Source: an uncultured Candidatus Saccharimonadales bacterium (GTDB taxonomy: Bacteria > Patescibacteriota > Saccharimonadia > UBA4664). Taken from it: 64,000 nt of DNA. The notes below the pieces were generated by a model. The model was given only the letters and a program-made list of their open reading frames with translations, ran no database searches and had not been told where the DNA came from. Shown here in pieces: positions 39,384 through 47,813 of this stretch. Made by a program: the position numbers and the translations under genes. Numbering within the stretch: position 1 is the first letter of the stretch; every line of letters begins with the position of its first letter. The stretch covers positions 6,323 through 70,322 of the forward strand of contig CAYXSN010000001.1 of NCBI GenBank assembly GCA_964467655.1. Reading direction: 5' to 3'.

Positions 39384-40684
39384 GCCTGAAGCAACCGTTG
39401 CCGCCATAGATAAATAAACTGGGCAATACCAAAGCCTAGCAATAAAGCCCCCGTACCGGCAATAACAGCCGGAGGTGTGGTCAAATCTGCCAAAGCGCCC
39501 ACTACAAACACCGGGACAGTGGCTGCCAAGTTCATAAACAGGCCGAGTGCGCCAAATACCCGCCCCCTTTCGGCGTTTTCAGTATGTTCCTGCAGCATAG
39601 TTTGAGCAGTCACTGACACCACGGCATTACACAACCCGAGGCCGTACACCAATGCAGCAATCATGAGTCCCGTGGCATGGGCCAGAGTATGGCGCTCGGG
39701 ATTATCGGCTAAGTGAGCTCCGAGGAGGCCAATAGTCAGTAGCATTGTGGCAGCTACCGGCAAGCTGATGGCGATAATCTTGGTTTTACCTAATTGTGTG
39801 AGCCGGCCAGCCAAAATTACTCCCGTTACCAGTCCGGCACCGGCTGGCATAATTAAGTAATGTGAGCTGGCTGATAGTGGTAGACCAAGCAAACTCAGGG
39901 CTAAGGCCGGAGCCATTGCAATAATGACCGAGAGCACACCTTGGCCAAGTGTCAGCTGGGTAATCGGGAACCCTAAATGATGGCTAGTGCTAATGGCTCT
40001 CCAGTTGCGCCTCAATTCTTCTTGCGTGTAGTGCCACAACCGCCGCCAATGTAATTTTGCCGGTTGTTCTGCCCTAAGATCGGGTAGGCCGAGCGTGAGG
40101 AGGCCGGCTAGCAGCAACATCACGGAGGTCGCCAGATATGGACCAGCTGAACCAAACCATGAAATTATCGGGCCCGATGCCGAGTAGCCCACGATGAATG
40201 AGGCATACAGTGTAAAGACAAACAACGAATTTGCCCTCAGCAACTGTCGTTTGCCCACTAATGCCGGGATGGCAGCCGATTCAGCGGGTGCAAAGAACTG
40301 AGTGGCACTGGAGAACGCAAAACTGACAGTCAATACTAGCCACAAGTTAGTATCCACTAGCAAAAACAGCAGCGCAAGTAGCGCGCGGGCAAAGTTTATA
40401 ATCAACAAAACGTGTTTTTTGTTGAGATGATCGACATATACGCCGGCCGCGGCCGATAGTACCAGGGCGGGCAAGCCAAAACTGAGCACAAGTAATGCCA
40501 CCGAGATATTGGCGAATCTGGTGCCGGCTGCCAATTCGAACACTCTGATAATGAGGGCAAAATTCAGCAAATTGCTCGCAATTTGCGAAAGGATTTGTGA
40601 ACCCCAGAGAAGGTTGAAGCTGCGATTGCGTGCCACAGAGATTTCGTCATTGCTGACAGTCGCCGCAGTCACGCGCTTCTTCAA
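39380..40684 (-). CDS. MFS transporter
   Basis: 434-aa ORF with about 12 predicted TM helices and an MFS-like architecture. Confidence 0.75.
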   Translation of the reverse strand: MKKRVTAATVSNDEISVARNRSFNLLWGSQILSQIASNLLNFALIIRVFELAAGTRFANISVALLVLSFGLPALVLSAAAGVYVDHLNKKHVLLIINFARALLALLFLLVDTNLWLVLTVSFAFSSATQFFAPAESAAIPALVGKRQLLRANSLFVFTLYASFIVGYSASGPIISWFGSAGPYLATSVMLLLAGLLTLGLPDLRAEQPAKLHWRRLWHYTQEELRRNWRAISTSHHLGFPITQLTLGQGVLSVIIAMAPALALSLLGLPLSASSHYLIMPAGAGLVTGVILAGRLTQLGKTKIIAISLPVAATMLLTIGLLGAHLADNPERHTLAHATGLMIAALVYGLGLCNAVVSVTAQTMLQEHTENAERGRVFGALGLFMNLAATVPVFVVGALADLTTPPAVIAGTGALLLGFGIAQFIYLWRQRLLQA

Positions 40685-40695
40685 GCTCAGCCTCC

Positions 40696-41289
40696 TTACG
40701 AAATTAGTTCATCAATCAGGCCGTATGTTTTAGCCTCAGTAGCACCCATCCAACGGTCGCGGTCGATATCTTCATGGATCTGGTCCTGGGTGCGGCCGGT
40801 GTTATCGGCTAAAATTTGTTCGAGCCTCTCTCTGGACTGTAACACTTCGCGGGCTGTAATCTCAATATCCGATGGCGTGCCAGAGAATCCAGCCGACCCT
40901 TGGTGGATCATAATGCGGGAGTTGGGTAGGGCGAAGCGCTTACCTTTGGCGCCAGCCGATAACAGCACAGCGCCCATGCTGGCAGCCATGCCGACCACGA
41001 TGGTGCTCACATCGGGCTTGATGACGTTCATGGTATCGAGCATGGCGAGGCCGGCATACACGCTGCCACCCGGTGAGTTGATGTAAAGCTTGATGTCCTG
41101 GTCTTTGGACTGGCTTTCCAAGAAGAGTAGTTGCGCAATTACCAGATTGGCGACGGTTTCGTCGATCTCGGTGCCCAAAAAGATGATGCGATCCTTGAGC
41201 AACCTTGAGTAGATGTCGTAAGCCCGCTCTCCTTGGCTGGTTTTTTCGATGACAGTCGGAATGAGAATTGACGATGCCTTATGGTTCAT
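40696..41289 (-). CDS. clpP: ATP-dependent Clp protease proteolytic subunit
   Basis: 197-aa ORF with catalytic Ser (GMAASMGA), His and Asp motifs of ClpP. Confidence 0.95.
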   Translation of the reverse strand: MNHKASSILIPTVIEKTSQGERAYDIYSRLLKDRIIFLGTEIDETVANLVIAQLLFLESQSKDQDIKLYINSPGGSVYAGLAMLDTMNVIKPDVSTIVVGMAASMGAVLLSAGAKGKRFALPNSRIMIHQGSAGFSGTPSDIEITAREVLQSRERLEQILADNTGRTQDQIHEDIDRDRWMGATEAKTYGLIDELIS

Positions 41290-41369
41290 AGTCTAAAGAA
41301 TCCTTATTTGGTCAGTAGTCGATTAGTACTACTATTCTAGCACTCATATACGGGGAGTGCCAAGTAGGG

Positions 41370-42659
41370 TTACTTTTCGGCGTATGCGAGCAATTTGGCG
41401 ATGACCTGGCTCGATTGCAAATGATTTTTGATTTCAGCTTGCGTGTCAGGATTGTCGAGCTCTTTTTGGGTGGCGCCATCGGGATATTGGCTCTTGAGCC
41501 GAGCAACTTCGGCGGCCACTTCTTCGGCGGATACCTCAATTTTTTCCTGATCAGCGACGGCTGTCATCAAGAGTGCCAGGGCCACCCGGCGCTCTGCCTG
41601 GGGCCTGAGGCCTTTTTCAAATTCTTCGGCCGACTGCTTCGTCATCTCAAGATAGCGTTCCAGATCGAGACCAGAATATGCTAGGTTCCGATCCATCTCG
41701 GCCTTGAGGCTGTCGAGTTGCTGACGCACGAGAGCCTCAGGGGCATGATAGGTACTTTTGACAATCAGTTCGTCGAGGACGGCCGTCTCAAAATCGCGGG
41801 CAGCGGTTTCGGCGGCATCGCTCGCCAGTCTGTCGGCAATGTCGGCCTTGAGTTCGGCAGCCGTCTTAAAAGGGCCAACGGTTGCAGCAAACGCATCGTC
41901 TACCTCGGGTAGCACTAGCTCGGTGATAGTGTGCAATGTAACCGTAAAAGTGACAACCTGACCGGCCAGTGATTGCTCGTGGTAATCCTTGGGGAAGGTA
42001 ATGTCGAAGGTTTTTTCAGCTTCAAGCGCCAGGCCAACGAGTTCGTCTTCGAAGCCCGGGATGAAATTACCTGATCCCAACGCCAGGGTTTGCTTTTTGG
42101 CTGATGCGCCGGGAACGGGCTGGCCATCCTTGATGCCAGCAAAATCGAAGACCACTTCGTCACCCAGTTTTGCTGGACGTTTAACCTCAAGCCTCGTGGC
42201 TTGCCGGCGGCGCAGGTCTTGCAGGACTGTTTCGGCTTTGCCCTCCGGCACAACGCTCTCAGGTTTCTTAATTTTGAACTTTTTGTAATCAGCTAGTTTG
42301 GGCGGGGCAAGTAGCTCAACTTGGACCTGATATTCCAGGGTGGTGTAGGGCACAAATTTGGCAATTGAGACCTGCGGCGGCGCCACTACTGCCAATTTTT
42401 CCTGGGTTACGGCTTCAGCATAGGTTTGTTGCAAGGCGTGATCTATCACCTCACTTTGGACAAGTGAGCTGCCGAGCGTCCTTTCGACCAGATTATCTGG
42501 CGCCTTGCCAGGCCGGAAACCGGGAGCCTTAGCTCGAGGTCTGAGCTCATCAAAGACATGGCTGCGGATGAGCTCCAGCCTGGCGGTTGGTACCGAGACG
42601 GTAAACTCGGCACTTGATTCTGAACGTTTGGTAAAGGTGAGGGTAAGTGGCGGTGTCAT
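41370..42659 (-). CDS. tig: Trigger factor
   Basis: 429-aa ORF with N-terminal ribosome-binding region (GFRPGKAP), central PPIase-like domain and C-terminal arm. Conserved tig-clpP order. Confidence 0.9.
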   Translation of the reverse strand: MTPPLTLTFTKRSESSAEFTVSVPTARLELIRSHVFDELRPRAKAPGFRPGKAPDNLVERTLGSSLVQSEVIDHALQQTYAEAVTQEKLAVVAPPQVSIAKFVPYTTLEYQVQVELLAPPKLADYKKFKIKKPESVVPEGKAETVLQDLRRRQATRLEVKRPAKLGDEVVFDFAGIKDGQPVPGASAKKQTLALGSGNFIPGFEDELVGLALEAEKTFDITFPKDYHEQSLAGQVVTFTVTLHTITELVLPEVDDAFAATVGPFKTAAELKADIADRLASDAAETAARDFETAVLDELIVKSTYHAPEALVRQQLDSLKAEMDRNLAYSGLDLERYLEMTKQSAEEFEKGLRPQAERRVALALLMTAVADQEKIEVSAEEVAAEVARLKSQYPDGATQKELDNPDTQAEIKNHLQSSQVIAKLLAYAEK

Positions 42660-42701
42660 ATCAAAAGCTACGTTACCACAGATACGGTCGCCAGTATAGG
42701 G

Positions 42702-43217
42702 CTACAAAATTGGCAGAACAGGTGCCGGCGTTGGTGTTGGATCGGGCGTCGGCACCGGAGTCGGAACAGGCGTTGGTACTGGTGTTGGCCCAGGAGTAGG
42801 AGCGGGAGTTGGACCTGGAGTCGGGGTGAATACCGGCGTAGGACTGGCCGATGGAAGAGGCGTAATGGAGGCACTTGGCGTAACGCCCAGTGAAATGATT
42901 GGCGTGTTGGTCGGCAACGTGCCAGTGACATTATTTGACTGGGCATTGGCGCCCAATGTCTGTCCGCGGGCTGCCGACAATATCAGCTCGGCTACCTTGC
43001 CAATGGCAGTAGATGGGGTGCTGGCGGGAGCGGCGTTAGGAGCCGCTTGGGGTTGGGCCGAGCCGATCAGTTTTAGTGATTCATCTGGCGCAATGGCAAT
43101 GGCGCCAATCGTCACGATCATGCCAATACCAAGAACCCGACGGGCCCAAGGCAAGCTTTTTGGTACATAGTTTTTGAGTTTTTTGGGCAAGCGCCTTTTT
43201 AACTGAGCCAGTTTCAT
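42702..43217 (-). CDS. Membrane-anchored Pro/Thr-rich low-complexity protein
   Basis: Start trimmed to [13 protein letters not shown].... One TM helix ([16 protein letters not shown]), an Ala/Pro/Ser-rich linker and a (TPxP)n C-terminal tail. Confidence 0.55.
   Translation of the reverse strand: MKLAQLKRRLPKKLKNYVPKSLPWARRVLGIGMIVTIGAIAIAPDESLKLIGSAQPQAAPNAAPASTPSTAIGKVAELILSAARGQTLGANAQSNNVTGTLPTNTPIISLGVTPSASITPLPSASPTPVFTPTPGPTPAPTPGPTPVPTPVPTPVPTPDPTPTPAPVLPIL
42715..42826. repeat. Tandem hexanucleotide repeat (about 17 units of GGNGTN / ACNCCN) encoding the (TPxP)n tail
   Basis: Visible 6-nt periodicity: ggtgcc ggcgtt ggtgtt ggatcg ggcgtc ggcacc ggagtc ggaaca ggcgtt ... Confidence 0.7.
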
Positions 43218-43241
43218 GGGTGAACTCCTCATCACAACGGC

Positions 43242-44516
43242 GTGACTTGCGCCAATATTAAACCTAAAAACCACCAGATTGCAAGCGTTAGCCGTATCGA
43301 GCAACTGACTGGTATAATGCTGCCAATGCAGTCAAATATCACAAAACTCTACCTCAGCAATTTCCTGACCGGATTTGTCTTTTGGTACGGTATCGAAAAA
43401 CTGTTTATGCAAAGCATTGGCCTCGATGCTGCGGCTATCGGGGTGATTGCCGCTTTTGGCATTGGTATCGTGGCGTTTGGCGATATCCCGTCAGGCATTT
43501 TGGCCGATTCCTGGAGTCGCAAAGGCACGCTGATGCTGTCGGCTGCTTGTTTGGGCGGCAGTTCGCTTATCCTGGGGCTAAGCCACGGTTTTAACCAGTA
43601 CATATGCGGCTATTTATTCTATTCGCTTTACGTGGTGGCAACCAGCGGCACCTACCAAGCAATCATGTATGATACGCTCCATGAACTTGGCCGCAGTCAG
43701 CATTATAGCCAAGTCGCCGGGCGGTCCTATGCCTTGTTTTTGGCCGGTGCCGGGCTTGGCGACATCATCGGCGGGTTCGTGGGTCAGCACTTCGGCCTGG
43801 TCACTCCGTTTCTGGTATCGGTAATCCCCTGTCTACTCAATATTGTGGTAATGGCATCGCTTGTTGAACCAGTTTTTCATAAGGCCGAGCATAAAGAACG
43901 GCTACTCAAACAGCTAAACGGAGTGGTCAAAGAAATTGCAGCTGAGCCACTGCTTCGGGTATTAGCGATTGTTTTAAGCCTGTTTTGGGTGATTGAAATG
44001 TTTAAACTCGACTTTGGGCAGCTCTATCTCTTGAGATATGTCTCATCATTGCCGGTTATGGGTTCACTCTGGGCCTTGTACGCTTTTGTATGGGCTGGCG
44101 GGAGCCTGTTGGCTCATAGATTCAAACGGCACCTCACATGGCTGATTGTAGCCGCAACCGTGCCGATTGTGCTGATGGCCGCTGTCGACCACTGGGTGGC
44201 CATCGTCTTTTTATTCGTGCAGATTTTTGCCATGGGTGCCTTGCAAAACCAGATCGAGACCAAGGTGCAGGCAGCCACCCCTTCGGTAGTGAGAGCATCG
44301 GTACTGTCGGTGCTTTCGTTCATGGGCCGGTTTATCACGATTCCGGCGAGCATTGGCATGGGTTGGGTATTCCAGCACTACGGTGTAATGACGGCGGTAT
44401 CCCTCACGGCAACAGTGGCGGCCGGTATTTTGGTTTTTTGGTTCGTGAGTCGGCCGAAGCTAGCCGCCGTCAAACCAGAAGTAATCGTGGCTGTTACCAC
44501 CGGTACCGTGGAGTAA
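43242..44516 (+). CDS. MFS transporter (true start probably ATG at 43326)
   Basis: 424-aa ORF with 12 predicted TM helices. An extended -10 (TGgTATAAT, 43310-43318) lies inside the annotated 5' end, so the start is likely downstream and possibly leaderless. Confidence 0.75.
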   Translation: MTCANIKPKNHQIASVSRIEQLTGIMLPMQSNITKLYLSNFLTGFVFWYGIEKLFMQSIGLDAAAIGVIAAFGIGIVAFGDIPSGILADSWSRKGTLMLSAACLGGSSLILGLSHGFNQYICGYLFYSLYVVATSGTYQAIMYDTLHELGRSQHYSQVAGRSYALFLAGAGLGDIIGGFVGQHFGLVTPFLVSVIPCLLNIVVMASLVEPVFHKAEHKERLLKQLNGVVKEIAAEPLLRVLAIVLSLFWVIEMFKLDFGQLYLLRYVSSLPVMGSLWALYAFVWAGGSLLAHRFKRHLTWLIVAATVPIVLMAAVDHWVAIVFLFVQIFAMGALQNQIETKVQAATPSVVRASVLSVLSFMGRFITIPASIGMGWVFQHYGVMTAVSLTATVAAGILVFWFVSRPKLAAVKPEVIVAVTTGTVE

Positions 44517-44527
44517 AACTGCTGTTT

Positions 44528-45094
44528 TCATGATGTCTCCAATTTGCTGAGATGTTTGCGTATGGCGGCCTGTTTGCCGGCCGGGGTTTTGGCTGTTGTG
44601 ATGGCAAACGCAATGCTGTAGCGTTGGGCTTTGGTGAGCTTGGCGTAGGCCGCGGCCGCAATTGGACTGGCAGTCACGAGCTCAAGGAATTCAGCGGGCA
44701 TTTCCATAGTGGATTGACCCGCGTAAGCTGCAGACCAGCGTCCATCGGCTTGGGCTGCCTCAACATGTTTCAGACCAGCTGGCTGCATGAGACCTGCTTC
44801 AATGAGCTGACTAACCTTGGTGACGTTGACCTGAGACCAGATACTCTTGGGTCGGCGAGGCGTAAACTTCACGACGTATGAGTCTTCGTCGTATTTGTTG
44901 AGCAAACCGTCGATCCAACCCCAGCACAACGCCACTTCTACTGCTTCTGGGTGCTTGATGGTCGCCCGACCGCTGTGTTTCTTGTAATACCGTAGCCAAA
45001 AAGCGGTTTCAGTATCGTGGTGCGCACCAAGCCACTGGTAGAACTCAGCCTGGGTCACAAACGCATAAACTGGTAGGTCTTTGTACATCATCAA
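44528..45094 (-). CDS. YdeI/OmpD-associated family protein (DUF1801-like)
   Basis: 188-aa ORF with pattern F..QAEFYQWL..HH...WLRYYKK......EAVEVALCWGWIDG...........FTPRRPKSIWS..N, typical of the YdeI family. Confidence 0.6.
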   Translation of the reverse strand: MMMYKDLPVYAFVTQAEFYQWLGAHHDTETAFWLRYYKKHSGRATIKHPEAVEVALCWGWIDGLLNKYDEDSYVVKFTPRRPKSIWSQVNVTKVSQLIEAGLMQPAGLKHVEAAQADGRWSAAYAGQSTMEMPAEFLELVTASPIAAAAYAKLTKAQRYSIAFAITTAKTPAGKQAAIRKHLSKLETS

Positions 45095-45126
45095 GGCCTC
45101 TCGTATACAGGTTTATCTTATATGAA

Positions 45127-45160
45127 ACTCTCCAGCCTAGCGAATGCCAGGCTGGAGAGT
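45127..45160 (-). terminator. Perfect 12-bp hairpin downstream of the P-loop kinase gene; probable terminator
   Basis: ACTCTCCAGCCT-(10 nt loop)-AGGCTGGAGAGT, followed on the minus strand by TTTCATATAAG. Confidence 0.45.
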
Positions 45161-45190
45161 TGATTACGCTTTACTGCTTAAATTCTAGTG

Positions 45191-45230
45191 ATTATTGGTG
45201 CGGTTGAACGGCATCCATTCGAACACCTTT
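45191..45230. repeat. Degenerate duplicate of the tRNA-Leu 3' end (att-like direct repeat)
   Basis: ATTATTGGTGCGG (45191-45203) is identical to 45983-45995, which spans the tRNA CCA end plus 5 nt. The next ~27 nt (ttgaacggcatccattcgaacacc) align imperfectly with the tRNA T-arm (atgaaaggattcgaaccttc). Confidence 0.65.
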
Positions 45231-45273
45231 TGGGCTGGGTTGATCAATTGCGTTGCCCTTACGAGAGCGATTG

Positions 45274-45921
45274 CTAAATGTTTACGATCTTCATTTCAGG
45301 AATCACTGCCGCCTGTTGCTGTATCCGGTCCTCTGAGCTTTGCTTCGATTCCTTAGCGTATTTTGAAATCGAATCTCGCAATGAAGCACTCACCTCGCCG
45401 GTTTCGCAGAACCTTTTAAACTCGACCTTATCGACGAGCTTCCAGAATTGTGTCGGGAGGCCGGCGGAATGGTTTGGTGTCGCCAGCATAAATCGATTTG
45501 TGAGATTTCGTTCGTATACGTCGAGATTCGTCGGGTGAAAGTACAAAGTGACGACATCCGTGAGACTAGCCAACAGCTCTCTAAGAGTCTCAGGGTTCGC
45601 TATTGCGCCATCGATAATCACCTTGTGGCCTGCTTCGATGAGGCCACCTACTTGATTATCGGCAGCTTTGATAAACGCATTGATCCATTCGGGCTTATCC
45701 CGACGCTTGTAGACTTCATTAAATGCTTTCCCTTCGTCGGATATTTGGAATGGTTGAACGACGCTCTCGTGCACTACCTTATCAAGCTCAACCACATGAT
45801 ATTCGATACTGCGCTGGAGTTGGCTAGCAAACGTCGTCTTCCCAGTGGAGGTTTTGCCGCCAATGTATAAAATGTTGGGTTTTGTGTCTTTGACGAATTT
45901 TAGGGCTTCATCAAATGTCAT
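45274..45921 (-). CDS. P-loop kinase-like protein (AAA_33 / zeta-toxin-like NTPase)
   Basis: 215-aa ORF with Walker A GGKTSTGKTT near the N-terminus and a hydrophobic-Asp Walker B-like VIIDG. Low GC (about 45 percent). Sits between the tRNA 3'-end repeats. Confidence 0.65.
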   Translation of the reverse strand: MTFDEALKFVKDTKPNILYIGGKTSTGKTTFASQLQRSIEYHVVELDKVVHESVVQPFQISDEGKAFNEVYKRRDKPEWINAFIKAADNQVGGLIEAGHKVIIDGAIANPETLRELLASLTDVVTLYFHPTNLDVYERNLTNRFMLATPNHSAGLPTQFWKLVDKVEFKRFCETGEVSASLRDSISKYAKESKQSSEDRIQQQAAVIPEMKIVNI

Positions 45922-45987
45922 GATGATATTGTATCAAATGCTAGCGATTAATTTGACTGTTTGTTTTTATTATGTTCTAGAAATTAT

Positions 45988-46071
45988 TGGTGCGGATGAA
46001 AGGATTCGAACCTTCACGACTTGCGTCACTAGCTCCTAAGGCTAGCGTGTCTACCATTTCACCACATCCGC
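45988..46071 (-). tRNA. tRNA-Leu (anticodon TAG)
   Basis: Minus strand reads GCGGATGTGGTGAAATGGTAGACACGCTAGCCTTAGGAGCTAGTGACGCAAGTCGTGAAGGTTCGAATCCTTTCATCCGCACCA. 7-bp acceptor stem GCGGATG/CATCCGC; anticodon stem CTAGC/GCTAG with loop CTTAGGA (anticodon TAG); long variable arm; T-loop TTCGAAT; encoded CCA. Confidence 0.85.
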
Positions 46072-46118
46072 TCGCGCACATATGATATCATTTGAACAGA
46101 CAATAAGGAACTTTTTGA

Positions 46119-46451
46119 GTGTTTATTTGGCAAGGCTTGGGGTTTTTGGTTGTGGTCATTTTCTTTGCGGTATCGATCATCGTTGAACGGCTGGTTGGGC
46201 CACCGTATGCCGATAATCCAATCTTCGTGGGCGCGTCATTGACCTTAACAGCCATCATCGTGTACTTGTGGCAGCAGTGGTTAGCCAAACGGCCCAAGCA
46301 GCAACCTCGCCAGCTAGTGGACGCCAAGACGGGCCAGGCTGTGGTGATTAAGCCACGCCACTCGCTATTTTTTGTGTCAATTCAGTGGTGGCCGTACATC
46401 CTAGGTGTGCTCGCTCTGGCGACCGCTATCGCTCAGTTTATCAAGCAGTAA
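46119..46451 (+). CDS. Small hypothetical membrane protein (3 TM helices)
   Basis: 110-aa ORF with three hydrophobic helices. No family recognised. Its 3' end overlaps rsmD convergently by 19 nt. Confidence 0.5.
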   Translation: MFIWQGLGFLVVVIFFAVSIIVERLVGPPYADNPIFVGASLTLTAIIVYLWQQWLAKRPKQQPRQLVDAKTGQAVVIKPRHSLFFVSIQWWPYILGVLALATAIAQFIKQ

Positions 46452-46978
46452 AAGCTCACGGCAGTATCGCCGTAGGTTTTGGTCTTAACATGCCGAATGC
46501 CGGTTAGTTCTGGCGGCGCCAGCCGACTGGAGTGTGAGAGTGCGAGCACACCTTCGGGCGTCATGAAGGCTGCCAGTTTGCCGATAATATCTGGTTCGAT
46601 TTTGGCATAAGGTGGATCGGCGATGATCAGGCCGTACCGCGCCGCCGGGGGGTTTTGGCCGGGGCTGGCTAGCCATTTTTCAATGCTGACTGTGTGCAAT
46701 ATGTGGTTTGATGTAAAACCGAGACTGGCTTCGTTTTGGACGATCGTGCGGGCAGCTCGGGGATGGTTTTCGATGGCCTCCACGAGCAAGGCGCCCCGGG
46801 AGAGGGCTTCAAAACCGGCTGCTCCCGATCCAGCATAGGCATCCAGTACTACCGAGCCTGTTGGATCGCCCAGGACGTCAAAGAGGGCTGCTCGCACTTT
46901 TTCGGTAAGGGGTCTGGTGGTGCGCCCGGGCGGCTGGGCCATGGTGCGGCCTTTATGGGTTCCGGCAATAATAATCAT
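46433..46978 (-). CDS. rsmD: 16S rRNA (guanine966-N2)-methyltransferase RsmD
   Basis: 181-aa ORF with SAM-binding motif (VLDAYAGSGAAGFEALSRGA) and the DPPY motif of the RsmD family. Confidence 0.85.
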   Translation of the reverse strand: MIIIAGTHKGRTMAQPPGRTTRPLTEKVRAALFDVLGDPTGSVVLDAYAGSGAAGFEALSRGALLVEAIENHPRAARTIVQNEASLGFTSNHILHTVSIEKWLASPGQNPPAARYGLIIADPPYAKIEPDIIGKLAAFMTPEGVLALSHSSRLAPPELTGIRHVKTKTYGDTAVSFYCLIN

Positions 46979-46981
46979 AGT

Positions 46982-47797
46982 TTACCGACTGACTTCCATC
47001 TGGGCAGCCTCAATGCTGGCGAGCAACCAGATAATGCCAATGCTGCGACTAATGAGCGGCGCCAAATTATTTTTCACAATACTGGCTAGATCATTGGTCC
47101 AACCGTGCGCATAAAACTGTTGGTAGATTTTCAGATCTGATACCTGGCGGGCTACGCCCTTGAAATATTCAACAGGCCCTTGTTGGCTAGCTTGGGCGAC
47201 CTCGGCCTCACTCAAGCGGCCTTTGATCGGAAAAAACAACAAAGCCACGGCGATGCCTATTTCGAAATTGACGATATGGGTTGACAGATGCCCTTTTGGT
47301 CCCCAAATGGCCCAATTTTTCTTGACCTGGGCTGTAACCTTTGAACTGTCGCCGGCTGCCACCGTGAGCGCCGCACGCTCAACTTCAGCTGTAATCTTGG
47401 CCTCGAGCGGGAAATGGTGAGCCGGCGTCAGGCCGTCACACACATAATGAGCCAGCCAGGCAGCTTCAAAGGCTGATCTCACGTTATCTCTGGCTACCAA
47501 AGCCTCCACCAGCTGGCGGTAATGATTCGCGATGTGCATAGGCACTTCCCCTTCGTCTGTCACCGGGTCATACAAGTGGCTCGGGGCGTGATCGTGGGAG
47601 GTCTTATACTTGAGCCCTTGTTTGCTCTTGATGCCGTCAGGGCCGTTGTAGCCTTCGAACTTGAGGATGGTGGCTATCGTGGGAAATGATTGGTCGCCAA
47701 GATACGGCTCTATCATTTTGTAGGCCGCCATATCAAGGCGCTGGTGCACGCCCAGACGGCGAGAGGCATGTTTGGGTGAGATAAATCCGGCGTACAT
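46982..47797 (-). CDS. Zinc-dependent phospholipase C family protein (tentative)
   Basis: 271-aa ORF. SHLYDPVTDEG resembles the PLC SHFYDPDNG motif, and AHYVCDGLTPAHH resembles LHYLGDVNQPMH (zinc ligands). The N-terminal Trp-1 ligand was not confirmed. Confidence 0.45.
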   Translation of the reverse strand: MYAGFISPKHASRRLGVHQRLDMAAYKMIEPYLGDQSFPTIATILKFEGYNGPDGIKSKQGLKYKTSHDHAPSHLYDPVTDEGEVPMHIANHYRQLVEALVARDNVRSAFEAAWLAHYVCDGLTPAHHFPLEAKITAEVERAALTVAAGDSSKVTAQVKKNWAIWGPKGHLSTHIVNFEIGIAVALLFFPIKGRLSEAEVAQASQQGPVEYFKGVARQVSDLKIYQQFYAHGWTNDLASIVKNNLAPLISRSIGIIWLLASIEAAQMEVSR

Positions 47798-47813
47798 AGT
47801 TGGGTGGCAATAA

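Noticed and set aside
41312-41539. 75-aa minus-strand ORF overlapping the tig 3' end, and 108-aa ORF 60592-60918 overlapping the PsiE-like gene and nusA upstream region
   Set aside because: Alternative-frame overlaps with better-supported genes; no distinguishing features.
46072-46118. Promoter for tRNA-Leu upstream of its 5' end
   Set aside because: A TATCAT -10-like hexamer is present about 8 nt upstream of the mature 5' end, but no acceptable -35 at 16-18 nt spacing. Left uncalled.
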